Source: Octopus vulgaris
Lineage: Eukaryota
NCBI GenBank assembly: GCA_951406725.2
Contig: OX597827.1
Coordinates: 54,002,001 to 54,066,000, forward strand
Length of the DNA: 64,000 nt
Reading direction: 5' to 3'
In this document: positions 12,504 to 24,849 of the stretch, piece after piece
Position numbering within the stretch: position 1 is the stretch's first letter
Layout: every line of letters begins with the position of its first letter
The notes under the pieces: generated by a model
Seen by the model: the letters and a program-made list of their open reading frames with translations, nothing else
What the model was told of the DNA's origin: nothing
The model's database searches: none
Position numbers and translations under genes: made by a program

Positions 12504-14489
12504 TACTGTAATATTACTCAATGGGTAAGCGTGTGATACACAAACTTTAGCCGTTTTTCACCTTGTTGTTGGTCTTAAAGATCAAGCGTACATCACCATA
12601 TACCTCGCCCCAGGTGACAGAACAAATATATCATCAGGGTTTCGTTTTTTTTTTTAGCTTTTTTAAAAAAAAATCTGTTTGATTTTAGAAGGCGTATTTG
12701 CTGCTACCAAGTTTGTTGTCAATACCTTATTCAACTCCTCTAGAACTGGCCAACTTGAATTACTAATAAACAATTATTGCGAAATACAAAATTATTAAAA
12801 ATGCCGAAAGATAGAGCTTCTTCTTCACTCCAGGTTAACGGAATGGAAGCTCAAACGTTCTGAAATATGTTGTTAACAAAATAAACCAAAACATTTTTTT
12901 CTCAAGCGAAAACTACGAAATCGCTGTAGACGGGTAGCTACTTCCACCCGACTTTTCAAGAACAGCTCGCTTTTTCCCGGTTCATTTGTGCAAGAACGAC
13001 AACTTTACTACAAACTTCTCGCTTTTTATCCACTTGGAGATCAAGACTGACCCAAACTAAAGACACTTGAACCAGATCTTTTACAATAACGGAGGTCACC
13101 GATACATAGACTTTTCCCTCCAAGCCTAGAGTTTGCTACTGCTACTTCGCGGTACTTCTTAGTTATAGTGCCAATCACTTCAATTACGAACGTGTCCAAC
13201 GACATGATAGTGACAGCATCCGCACATGTCGATATTTTTATGTATGATGATTTACTCAGTTCTCGTTAGAAACAAGAAAATTGCCGCAAAGCTGCGTGAT
13301 AGTGGTGGCAGACAATCATATAACTTGTTTTATCCTTCTCTTTCGTTTCATGAATTCAGTGTGGACATGCGCATTACGTGTTCATACTGTTCTTTCCAGT
13401 TTCTTCTCAAAACTGTATACAGATAACAACCATCTCACAAACCTGCGTACGCGAGGAGCGTTTCGCACTCCGATGGTTGTGAAATAACGGCCCAAGCTTT
13501 GTCAGTTCAGAATTTGCAGAATTCACAAGACTAAATAGCAACGTTTAGTCGGACCAATCAAAGCTGGAATATGGAAACTGTCTGAGAAGGGGATGCCAGA
13601 AACATAAATGCCTCAATTTTTGTTCACAATGCACTACACTATACGTTGCTACAGGAGTTAGCTCTACAGAGTCATTGATGAAGTAAAATTTGAGTACCAG
13701 TCTGGACTGCACGAAGCCCATCATTTCCCCTGGTATGCATCTGTCAGGAAAATCAGAAGTACTACCATCACAGATCTGCCCAACTGCATTTATATTCAAC
13801 AGTTTTTGCTCAGAAATTTCATTCTAGATACATGTGATAAGCTGGTCACATACCGAAACAAGTTGACCCTTTTAAAATTATTTTTTCTGCAAAGCGAGCA
13901 TGCTCATTGGTGTCATCAAGATTATATTAGGCCTCATCATTATGTGCCCAAGCCAACATCTCCACTTCCAATTTACAATGAACTGGAACCCTGTACTATG
14001 GGTCTGAACTTGTACAACGCCTTCAGATACCATTCCTCTGCAGATGCCGCTTGTACCAAGTGATCCATTCATCTATGAACAACATGAAACGTTAACTGAC
14101 TCTACGGCAGCCCTTTTGATATCAACCCACCTGAAACCACCCTTGTTTCTATGTTACAAGTTGTGTTTTAAAGTGATCCAAATTAAAACCTTTTATAAAA
14201 ATATTATGTTAATTTTTGTTCCAAACACCAGATTTATTAATTAATGACAAACTTATTTTAATAAGTTCTTCGTTATTTTCAAAATTAATTGAAACAAAGT
14301 CAGTTAACACTGGTAAGAATATAATAACAAAAGCGTTAGTTCTGTCGTACAAAAAATAAAACAAGAAAAAACCTTGCAGATCAGTCCAGTCCTAATAATT
14401 ATATGTGCCCTTCAGACCACATTAAACGAAATATAAAAAGTTTTATGAAAAAAGGTAATACTGACCATGGGATTGCACATAGAAAGCTA

Positions 14490-15272
14490 CCCTCCCAGGC
14501 ATAAGTCCGGGCAAGGTTGTTTACGGAAGACCGGCAGCCGCCCATGCATACCGGCCTCCCCTCTCCACGCCACCAGCGTTATCTAAGGGAAAGGCAAAGG
14601 CCGATATAGCTTGGCACCTGTGACGTCGCAACTCATTTCTACTGCTGAGTGAACTAGAGCAATCTCTCTATATATAAACGGCAGTTTGTCTGTGCGTGTT
14701 TCTGTGTGTCTGTTTGCTTGTACCCTCACCCTGACCACGGCTTTCAACCGATTCTGATGAAACTTGACAACAATAGTTCCCCCAGTTCTGAAAAAATCCG
14801 AATGTCATAATTCAAAACTAACGCAGCGAAAAAGCCTGTCGTTTTGTATATATGTGTAAGTTTGTCCCCCCAGTTCTGTCACTAGCGGTTCGGCAAAAAG
14901 AACCGATAGAATAAGTACTAAAAGGTGGTGCTCGCGCAGTCAAATGACTGAAACAAGTAAAAGAGTAAAAGAGTAAAAGAGTATGGGGTCGAGAATCAGA
15001 AACACAAACCGCAAACTGTCTAGGGGACGCAACTCCACCTTTTTTTTACTCTCAAAAAAAAGTTACCATTTTTTTCCATTTTTTGGCTATAACTCTCTAA
15101 AAATGCTTTATAGTTATTTCCCTTACAAACCAGAGCAACGCCGGGCGATGCTGCTAGTATGAAATAAAGTGTCTTGCTCAAGAACACAACACGCAGCCCA
15201 GTCCGGGATTCAAACTCACAACCTCACGATCGTAAGCTCGACGCTCTAACCACTGAGCCATGCGCCTTCACA
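14490..15272 (-). mobile_element. tRNA-derived SINE, family D, split by a Helitron
   Basis: Head on minus strand ggcgcatggctcagtggttagagcg...gagtttgaatccc (A/B boxes), then gtgttcttgagcaagacact. The body rejoins cleanly as gagcaa|tatgaaataaag when 14663-15157 is removed. Confidence 0.85.
14663..15157 (+). mobile_element. Non-autonomous Helitron carrying an internal SINE-B tail (~14845-14982)
   Basis: A|TCTCTCTATATATAAA 5' end, GC-rich subterminal hairpin (gagcaacgccgggcg), CTAG|T at 15154-15157, A/T target with no TSD. Confidence 0.9.
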
Positions 15273-15479
15273 TGAAAAAAAAAAGTAAGGAAAATAAATA
15301 AAAAATTACAAGAAATTTATCTTCACCCAGGAGATGCATAACCGTAGTCACCTGAAACATAGAAGAATAATCACAGCGGAATGTTCTTTTTAGTTAGCTT
15401 CAGTTTTAGGTTGTAATAATTCATAGCTTTTGTAACAGATCAAAAGAGAAAATGCGTAATGTACGAGGGTTTATAAAGG

Positions 15480-16620
15480 AACTAGCTCGGTTGAAACGTG
15501 TGGCATTTTTGGTTGGCCGACGCTTGGATAACCTGACACAACAAGCAACCGAATAAATATAACTGAACCACAACAAGAAAGAAAGAAAAGCTTTGTTTTT
15601 GAAAAATCACTGATACGATTTCTCTGTGTCCACTTCGAGTGGGATGCTATTAAATCGATTCACTCCGCGAGACATCTCATGAGGTTGAAATTGTCTGGAT
15701 ACACTAGTCGAAGATTGCACAGGTTTGCGTTCTTCGACTACACTATTCACAACTCACACAACTTAACTATAATCTTTGACTTTATCGGGCAAACTTATGG
15801 ACCTAAAATTGCGTGTTATGATCCCTTTATTCGAGTTCTTCCTACCAGCGTCACCACTTTTCGACTCATACAAATGAAACGCTTACACGCGGGAGACATC
15901 TGCCAAATTAACAAGTCGGTCATGCTATGATACCAATCGCAAAGCAAACTGTCCAATCACAGTTATTTGCGCCTCGCACAACCTTTCAACATATCCGCTT
16001 CAGTTGCTGAAATCGATATTTTACAATCTTTTTTGTGTCTTCGCTGGTTGTAGGCATCAAAATCCATTTTCTCTAGTCCGTCGTTCTTCGTGAACTATTT
16101 GGTAAACTGCAACTGGAATAGCACATATCTGCTAGGAATCGGATAGCATACGCCCGTTCTAACCTATCATAAACGGATTTTGTTATCACGCTGCATCTAT
16201 GTCACTTGGATTTAGCGAACGGGTTTTGGTTCTTCGTGTGTCAGAGTACATTCTTCACTACTAATAATGTTTTGTACCGAAGAAATGGTTAAGGACCATT
16301 TTTACTACAAGTACATTATATACCATGACTTTTCTGTTCGTCTCTTCTCATCGATTTACTAGTTCCTTACGATATAATCTACTGCTTTCTATTGTTACAC
16401 TTCTGATAACACTAACAGATTCTACCCTACTATTTTTTTTAGTGAGACCCACCATTTTATTAACACTTGTATGCGTCATTTTACTCATAACCAATTCTCT
16501 AATCCGATCCCTGAAAACCAGCTGGGTCGAGAAAGATGTGTCCAGCTTCTCGTATTCCAGAAATTAGCTTGTCTCACTTGACCATTAAGTTCGTACTTAT
16601 TGTGCCTATGACAGAAAAAT
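15480..16620 (-). mobile_element. Ancient Tx1/L1-clade LINE ORF2 relic
   Basis: KLDTSFSTQLVFRDRIRELV (cf. WKLNTSLL), NFRSISL (cf. NFRPITLLN) and QTCAI...DNFNLMR across frameshifts. Heavily decayed. Confidence 0.7.
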
Positions 16621-17359
16621 TATTATTTTTAGTACTGAGAGCTGTTAGGGTGTTGGGAGAAAAAAAATTATTGCAGAAGCATGTTTACAGTTTTGTTCTT
16701 CACCTTTAAGTACCCATATTTTGGCTTATCATATGATAGTCAAGTCCCTCTAGCTTTACGCGGGCTGTCAACCCCATCACTTGACAGACCAGCCATGCAC
16801 ATCAACAATTTAAGGAAGCCTTTCCTGCTATTTGTCAGGGAGATGAGTTGCGCTGTGGTCTTCGGTTATTTCGCAGGCAGCCTCAGCTATTCCTTCGACG
16901 CAAACGTTGTTCCTGTCCTCCAACAGAAGTTATGTCTCGTATTTTTCCCTATTCTATATTGCACACATCATCATTATGTACCAACTGCATGTTAAACCAT
17001 TGTGTATATATTCTGACCGTTCCTTCAAGATGTATCTCTATAGCTTTGCCGTCTTAATGCTTTTTAATGGGTTGAATAAATCATCGCACTCAATCCTGGT
17101 TTCCTCGTTCTTCCTTTAACTATAAACGCAGCCTTACTCAAACCAACATTATCAACTCAATACTCAACATTCAACAGTTAAAAATGCTTTACAGTTTTTG
17201 TTCCGGCTGTTCACGTTCTGAGTTTCAAATCCTGCTGCGGTTCACATTGCCTTTCATTCCTGCGTGGTCGATAAAATAAAGTACCAGCCAAGTACTGATT
17301 TAATGTGATCGACAAGAACTTCTTAAAGTCAGCGGTCTTGTACTTGTATAAGTTTTAAT

Positions 17360-18050
17360 TTTAAGTAAAGAGCCGTGGATTTTCTGGCATTGAAGAGAAA
17401 GGCCAGTCTTTGTGATGTGGCTGTGCATTGGCCATGAGAGTTCCTGTAATCGCAAAGGTTCTACTTGTGAATTGTTTATGTTGGAGGAGGAGGGGAGGTG
17501 GGATAATATTTTCTTACTATATATATATATAGTGATTGTTTTTTGTTGTTGAAGGAAATAATATTGGTCTCATCTCACTGGAAGATGTTTTCGAGGTCTC
17601 TAATCAAAGAAATTTCAGATTTGGCGTGTGTTGCCTTAAGTTCTATGAGGGAAACGTTTGAGAGTTCAAGATTAAGGATGAATGAAGAGTAGTGTTGTCT
17701 GCAGGGAAGTGTGTGCTGTTGGAGATGATGGCAGTTATGTCGTTGATGTGCTACAGAAATGTGATTAGGATATCATAGATAAGAATCGCAAGAGGGATTC
17801 TTCGAGCTGAGCCATCCAGCAGGCGACTTTGCGGGTAGAATAAGTACGTCGTGATGGTAGGATAATATCCATAGTCTCGGTTGGTCTTGTCTGGGGATCC
17901 AGTCGGGAAGTCTAATAACGGTTGCTTCTGATAGGACCTCATGTAGGTGCTTGAGGACTCTCGCCCCTCCATCCACGACCATCACAAGAACAGCAGAGAG
18001 ATGGATGTATAAAGGACGAAGAATGTGGAGTTGTAATCGAACTTTGAGTC
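17360..18050 (-). mobile_element. LINE reverse transcriptase relic
   Basis: ITFL*HINDITAIISNSTHFPADNTTLHSSL (YADD region), then DLENIFQ. Preceded by a SINE-A copy on + at ~17180-17345. Confidence 0.7.
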
Positions 18051-18118
18051 ACTTCAAAGTTACCATTACTATTAACAAATTTCTTTCAACTTCAAAATTA
18101 CATTCCAACGCCAGTATA

Positions 18119-18635
18119 CCGTAAATCTTCGAGTATAATCCGCATTTTTCTCCCAAATTTAATGGTCAAAATCCCTAGTGCGTACTATATACGAGGTTAA
18201 AAATGAAAAATATTTTCTAAGTAATGTCCGAGTCTCTATTTGCTGTCCGGCAATGTTTATTCAGAAGCATTTTGTGATGTCGGGCGCGAAAATACCTTAA
18301 GCTAAGCCTGAAAGCAATGAAGTCATAAAAGAATCATCCACAACTTGCAGTAAGCAACATTTATTAAAATAAAAGTATTCAGAACACAGAATAATATGTA
18401 ACAAAAACAATTTGCAAACATATTTACATTCCCATATAACAGTTAAGAACATCATCATTATTGTATTACGCGTGCGCGAGAGTGTTTGTTCGACTAGGTG
18501 CTGCTGGCTTAATTATGCACGACTCAAGTTAGAGAAGGGGTAAGTATTATACACAAGGTTTAGGTTTTTCAGAAGTACAGCCCCTAAAAATCCCCTGCGT
18601 ATACTCAAGGGCGGACTATACTCGAGGATTTACTG
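18119..18635. mobile_element. pogo/Tigger-like MITE
   Basis: 25-bp TIRs ccgtaaatcttcgagtataatccgc / gcggactatactcgaggatttactg, with TA on both sides (18117-18118, 18636-18637). Confidence 0.9.
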
Positions 18636-18659
18636 TACTCATTGAAATGATTTTTAACT

Positions 18660-19410
18660 AATTTCGCGAGGTATGATCGATTAAATCGACATCATTATTT
18701 AACAGGTACTTATTTTATCGACCCACGAAAAGATGAAAAGCAAAGTTAACCTCGGCGGGATTTGAACTCGGAATGTAAAAATCCAGAAGAATCTCCGCTA
18801 AGCAATTTGCCCGAACCGCCAACTCGCTGCTTTAAAAATAATTGTTTCAAATTTTGGCACAAGGCCAGCAATGTTGAAGGGAGGAGGCATGTCTGTTACA
18901 TCGACCCCAGTGTTTGTCTGCTACTTTATTTTGCCAGTCCCGAGAGGATAAAAAGCTAGGTTATCTTTGGAAGGATTTGAATTCAGAACGTAAAAAGCCG
19001 GAAGAAACGTGGTTAAACATTTTGTCCGACGCGCCGACGATTCTGCCAGCTCGTAGCTATAATAAGGATTTCTTACATTGGCACAAAGTCAAGAATACAT
19101 GGGTCTGAATATTGCTGTTTCAATAAAACCTCAGTATATTACTGTTACTTACTCTGTATACCCCAGAACAAGTAGAGGGAGCATAATTAAATACCTTAAA
19201 GTATTTTATCCACCCCTACTAATTTTGCCATTCATTTCTAACAGTTTCTTGTGTTGACAGAAAATCATTGTTAGAGTGATACAAATAATAAACAAACCCC
19301 ATTATTTAACAAGTTTTATATCGATTCTGGATGGATTAACAGCAAAACCGACCCTTTTGGAGATAAATTTAGAATCTAAAGAACCGCAACTAAATACTAC
19401 AAGGCTTTCT
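18660..19410 (-). mobile_element. Cluster of about 4 SINE family A copies
   Basis: Repeated gtacttattttatcgaccc...gatgaaa...atttgaactc...ctgccagctcg units in the same orientation. Confidence 0.85.
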
Positions 19411-19412
19411 TC

Positions 19413-19823
19413 GGATCTTTTCGGTTTGAACGGCAGTTTTTTCTAGCGGTGTCATATGAAATTGTCACCCATAATTATGACCCTAGTATCGATCTATTGC
19501 ATTTCAATCTGTTTTAGGATTAGGGGTGGGGGAAGGGTATCTTTTTTCTTCACAAATGTAAATAAACCCAATCTGTTTCTTAAACGAGGGACATATTCAT
19601 ACGGCACAGAATGTTTTTTTTACCTCAATGGACGTCACTGATTGGTTGAAATTGCAGAAATTGAAGAAAAACAACAACAAATATCTTACAAACTATAGAA
19701 TTTTCTCAATAAAGCCAAGAGAAAAGGATGTTTTATAAACACATTCTAGCAGTATACGAAGTTTAAAATTTTTTAGTTACCTAGAAATTATGTTAAAAAC
19801 TGCCGTTCAAACAGAAAAGATCC
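19413..19823. mobile_element. MITE with 29-bp TIRs and 8-bp TSD (Merlin-like)
   Basis: TIRs ggatcttttcggtttgaacggcagttttt / aaaaactgccgttcaaacagaaaagatcc (1 mismatch). TSD ctttcttc at 19405-19412 and 19824-19831. 5'-GG termini plus an 8-bp TSD fit Merlin; MULE not excluded. Confidence 0.9.
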
Positions 19824-20780
19824 CTTTCTTCTCCGGTCTCAACCGATTTACCGATGACAAGGATGTCATAGAAAAGTAATGATAATTAATTAATTTTTAC
19901 ATTGGTGATGGCAACAATAAATAATGTCTTGGTTGTCAGCAAGGTATATACCGCCTCCGCACAGCTTTACAATAAAGTTCACACGCCTTTACTCGCAAGG
20001 TTTTTCATGTAGCGCTCTTGCAACGAATTGTGTTACCAGCATCCTACCTTCTCGGTTTAGACAAGTACCTAGAAACTGGTAGGTATCTAAAGTAGTGGGT
20101 GGATAGATGAATAACATAACAGGGTGGTGATGGTGGTGCACCCAATTTGAGAAAGAAAGTGTAAATGAAAGAGACAGAGAGAGTAAAGCTAAGAGAGGTG
20201 TGCGTGTAAACGACTGAACGACCTTACTGTGTATATGAATGCATGTGTGCAGTCGCTCGTGTGTGTGAGTGAAGGATAAAGAAAATTATGTGTGCGTTTA
20301 ATTGAAAGAACTGTGAAGTAAATATACATACACACACGCATGAGTTAGAGAGAGAGAGAAGTGTTTAGAGGCTGGTTAGATGAGAAGATCACTTGCCAAA
20401 TGTAGTAAACCTCGCTCTGGCTTGTTGGTAGTCAGCTGCTGTTGCTACCGCCATCACCACCACCACTACCACTACGCATACACATACGTACGCGAACACA
20501 CATACACACAGAAGCAGAATCTCCGTCACCACCTCGCCAATCCTCCTTTCATCACTGCCTCCTCCTCATCCTCCACCCTCGGCTTTGGCATTCGTTGTGA
20601 CTCTGTTAGACTTGTTATATACGAAATATTGTTTGTTCTCTCTACTCAGTGTTTTTAGTAGGTAGCTTCTTTGGGGGTTAAAAACTTCGAAGAAGAAGAA
20701 AAAGAACATTAATCACAACTAAAATAAAAAAAAAAGACAAAACAAAACAAAACAAAACAAAGAAGAACATCGGAAAAATT

Positions 20781-20862
20781 ATGAACACAACAAACTGGAC
20801 TCTCTTAATCGCCTTTATTGTTTTAAACGGCATCATCCCTCTATTATTTTCTGTTGAAGCAC
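20781..20862 (+). CDS. First coding exon of an unidentified secreted or membrane protein (signal peptide MNTTNWTLLIAFIVLNGIIPLLFSVEA)
   Basis: ATG after an A-rich leader, 27 codons with a hydrophobic core and V-E-A cleavage-type end, then 1 nt and a consensus GTAAGT donor (20863-20868, phase 1). Non-repetitive and inside the CpG-rich domain. Confidence 0.75.
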
Positions 20863-21117
20863 GTAAGTATTTTTGTTATATTTCTCGTATCTTTTCAAAA
20901 CCGTTTGCTCGATTCAAAATATTAAAACTATAGCAAGAACAACAACAATTAAAAACCCATCTGAACTAAAATACTCGCGACTGGGATTCATAATTTGCCT
21001 CATGGATCCACATATATACATAATTATACTTTTATTAAGTTTATCTTTCATATGTCATTCGTTATCTCATCTTTTTATTTGTTTATCACTTATTGTCATA
21101 TACATATTTTGTAGGAT

Positions 21118-21118
21118 A

Positions 21119-21161
<43 letters not shown>

Positions 21162-21272
21162 CTATATATGTATATATGTATGTATATTTTTCCACCTATG
21201 TTTCACATATATATGTATGTTATATATATGTATGTATATATATATGTGTGTGTGTGTATATATATATGTGTG

Positions 21273-21322
<50 letters not shown>

Positions 21323-21530
21323 TGTGTATATATGTATGCATATATATATATATGTGTGTATATATATATATGTGTATATATATATATGTATGTATATATA
21401 TATGTATGTATATATATGTGTGTATATATATATATGTATGTATATATATATATATGTATGTATATATGTATGTATGTGTGTATATATATATGTATGTATG
21501 TATGTATATATGTATGTATGTATGTATGTA
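21118..21530. repeat. Compound (TA)n/(TG)n/(TATG)n microsatellite
   Basis: Directly visible. Confidence 0.95.
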
Positions 21531-23586
21531 TAAAATCATTGATGTTTTCTTTGTCGTCTGCTTTGCTTTCCTGTATGATCGTTATTTTCGTTCTTCTTTC
21601 CTTTTTTATTCTTTCAAAAACTTATTGGTACATTTTGTCATTTTATTGTAGTCCATTGAACACCCGTTTATAGGTGTATGTAAACATGTTTATGTATGTA
21701 CACTGTATCAATGAATATGTCTATACTACATCGCTCTGTCTGTCATGACACTCCCTCCCATTCGGCTACAACTTCATATATAATGAATGCAGTCTTATAT
21801 ATGTTGTAATTATGTGTAGGTGTTAAAATACTATGTATGTATATAAAATACAAAGATACGATTTTACACAACATCATATATATATATAATGTGTGTGTGT
21901 GTGTGCGTGTATCACCGACTACAAATATTCACCCCTGTCTAGTTTATGTCCAGTTTGTCATGTCCAGTGCGATATTTAATCAGTGATGTTTAGACGAGAT
22001 GTTGGCATAGTGATTGCCAAGCTAGTCATGTCTGTTGCCAGCTTAACTGTTTGTTTCAGTTCCAACTATTTATGTGGAATTGTAAGCGAATTCGAGTCGT
22101 GTTTTGCACATGCCATTTTAAAGCCTAACCGAAGTAGCATCTTTTGTCTTCTTATTGGAGCTCTGTGTTCAGTGTGTGCTGCTGTCTTACTAGTTTAGAC
22201 GGAAAGGTGCCCCTCTTGTTTGTATTAATCAACACCATTACACAACTGTCTTTTGACGGGTTAGAAGTAATTATTACTTTTTTCGATGCCGGTTTGTGTT
22301 TTCTTACTGTTACTGAGACTGGTCCAAGAGGCGCCATCTTGCATAACCGACATTCGAAGCCTTCGGTGGTTGATTTGTAAACTCTATGTAGCTGCTCACC
22401 CGTCTTTTTAAAAGCTACGAACCTAACCAGTGTTTTAAACCTACCTACCTACATACATACATATATAGATCTGTGATTGTATGTGTACTGAATAAGAACT
22501 AAATAGATCGCACTCATCTCATGCAGACCCAGTGAAGGGTGATGGTGGAACATTTCGACAAGTGGGTGACTCACAAGTTATCTCTTGTATATAAAGTTTC
22601 TGTTGTTTGGTTTTCGGAATAAGCACACCAGCCCGTAACGACAGACTGAATTTATGAAATAGATTATTTAACTGTAATTTCATACGTTCAAAACAATCCA
22701 GGAAAAAATATTTTTCTAACCAAAGTCAAAAATGAAGTTACGGCCCATTGCATACACCGAACTGGGGTAAAAAGGGACTGGTTAAAAAGGTTAGGGTAGA
22801 TGGAAATTTTGTAATTGGCTTTTTTTTTCTTTTTTTTTTTATGAAATTGTAATCTCCGATGTTTAAAATTTACAAATCCAAATAAATATTCGAAAAACTA
22901 AAACAAGTAACCGTGTGCAGGGCTTGTTCCAAACTGCCGTTTCTATTTTGAAAATATGACCTTATTATTTCAACTGCTACCCTTATTTTAGTTCGGAAAT
23001 AGGTTTCCTAAGGGGCTGAATTTGGACAACTTGTTGCTGATTTTTCGACAATCTACATTTTTGAGTCCACCCATCGTTTTTATTTAATATTTAATTCTCT
23101 TCCGATGGAATTACTGTTTGTAATAAAGGGAATGAAGAAGTTCTGGGGGTGGTGTGGAATCTGTAACATAAGAAATGAAACGAAAATCTGTCGTTAAGTT
23201 ACTTCACTATAGTAAAGGTGTATTTCTTAGAATTTATGCAAGTAAACCATGAGTGTCTCTTAACAACTCGGAGCAAAAAAATACCTTGAGATATCTTAAG
23301 GTGTAAAAACTTTTGTAAACAAAAGTATTCTCCTCCTCCCACTCTGTTCTGTTGCAAGGAATTTTGGCACATGTTGGGCCAAAGGTAAGCAGAGTAAATA
23401 AATATTTAAAACGTGGCTTTCTTCAAAGATGCGGTGAATCCAGCCAAAATGACACAGCTTTGTGTAAGTGAGGAAATATCCCTTGCCATGTAGCAACTTG
23501 TTTCATGCCAAATAAACAAATTTATGAGAAATATTTTCACAGTTAATCTCATTAATATTTTAAGATTGTGTGTGTGTGTGTGTATA

Positions 23587-23737
23587 TATCATCATCATCA
23601 TCATCGTCGTTTAACGTCTGCTTTCCATGCTAGCATGGGTTGGACGGTTCAACTGGGGTCTGAGAAGCCAGAAGGCTGCACTAGGCCCAGTCTGATCTGG
23701 CAGTGCTTCTACAGCTGGATGCCCTTCCTAACGCCAA
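23587..23737 (-). mobile_element. SINE 3' module, family C, with (GAT)n tail
   Basis: catcatcgtcgtttaacgtctgctttccatgctagcatggg...ggatgcccttcctaacgccaa. Other copies at 34618-34765 (+) and 53833-54150 (-). Confidence 0.85.
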
Positions 23738-24398
23738 TATATATATATATATATATATAAATTTGTGAGTATGTTTGTATGTATGTGTATATATATATAT
23801 ATGAAATCTTTTAACCCATTGACATTCAATTAGAAAATTCACAATTTTTTTATCACTTACTGTCATTTTCTTTTTAGAGAGTTTGATTAAGTAATAATTT
23901 ATATATGTTTGTAAAATAAAACAAGCTTTAATGAAACATCTCAAATATTTATGGGTGCTAAAAGGGTGACTACATCTCACAAAACATGGTAGAATTTAAA
24001 GTATTAACAAGTAGAAAGCAATAAAATGCATTTTGTAATCTATATACAATATATCATAGTATATTCCATCCTCTATTATTAACTCTTACATAAGATGTAC
24101 CAATTGGAAATGTGTGTATTATGATTATCCAAGTAACTAAGTCAGTCGTAACATTTTAGGATATTTTTACTAACATGTTGACATTTGAATAAAGTTGAAT
24201 TAAACAGAATCACGAAAACATTGTGGGAGGTTAGGATTAAGCTTGTTAGGCTACTGGCCTAATAGCTCAAATATACACAAGTAATACTTAAAAGGAGAGT
24301 ATTGTAGACAGTCCACTTAGAAATCAGACACATTGAACTGGAAACATTAAACCATGGAAAAAATATGCTCACTGAAACAATAATATTTCTCATACATC

Positions 24399-24612
24399 AA
24401 GGCAGTGAGCTAGCACAATTATTAGCATGCCAAGCAAAATGCTTAGCAGCATTTCATCTATCTTTACAATCTGAGTTCAAATGCTGCTGAGGTTGACTTT
24501 GCCTTTCATCCTTATGGGGTCGATAAAATAAGTATCAGCTGAACACTGTGGTCGATGTAACTGACTTATCCTGTCCCCTGAAATTTCTGGCCTTCAGTCA
24601 AAATTTGAAATC
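24399..24612 (+). mobile_element. SINE family A
   Basis: aaggcagtgagctagc...gagttcaaat...gcctttcatccttatggggtcgataaaataagt. Confidence 0.9.
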
Positions 24613-24849
24613 GGTATTTCTCATATATTACACGAACAACTTTATTTTGTGAAACATAGCTTTAACAATTTCCCTTTCCAAATATCATTAAAGTAGTCAA
24701 ATTGTTATATATTATTTATGGACCTTTGCTATGTTGTACCTACCAGTTTTCTCATTTGTTTTTGTTGAAATAGTATTTGTAGTTTTAAATTCTTTCTATG
24801 CTTATAAATAGTACAAATGTTGCTATTTACATTGCTCAATATTATACAC

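Larger units (their letters stand above)
12000..23100. promoter_or_regulatory. CpG-retaining (probably unmethylated) intergenic/promoter domain
   Basis: CG dinucleotides are visibly frequent here, including in old TE copies, and scarce on both sides. The domain includes the first coding exon. Qualitative reading, not counted. Confidence 0.65.

Noticed and set aside
12625-12645. Minus-strand cGAAAcc-CTGATGA
   Set aside because: The boxes are only 2 nt apart, leaving no room for stems I and III.
15195-15272. tRNA-like sequence with A and B boxes (also at 7549, 53068, 63307)
   Set aside because: SINE heads that continue into shared SINE bodies; no complete acceptor stem.
20380-20658. 92-aa ORF with poly-His and poly-Ser
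   Set aside because: Low-complexity (CAC)n/(CCT)n sequence in the probable 5' UTR; no recognisable domain.
20873-21673. Long ORFs (266, 175, 146, 125 aa)
   Set aside because: Stop-free translations of TA/TATG microsatellite.
21960-22450. Possible RTE 5' UTR/endonuclease start
   Set aside because: Motifs too decayed to support a call.
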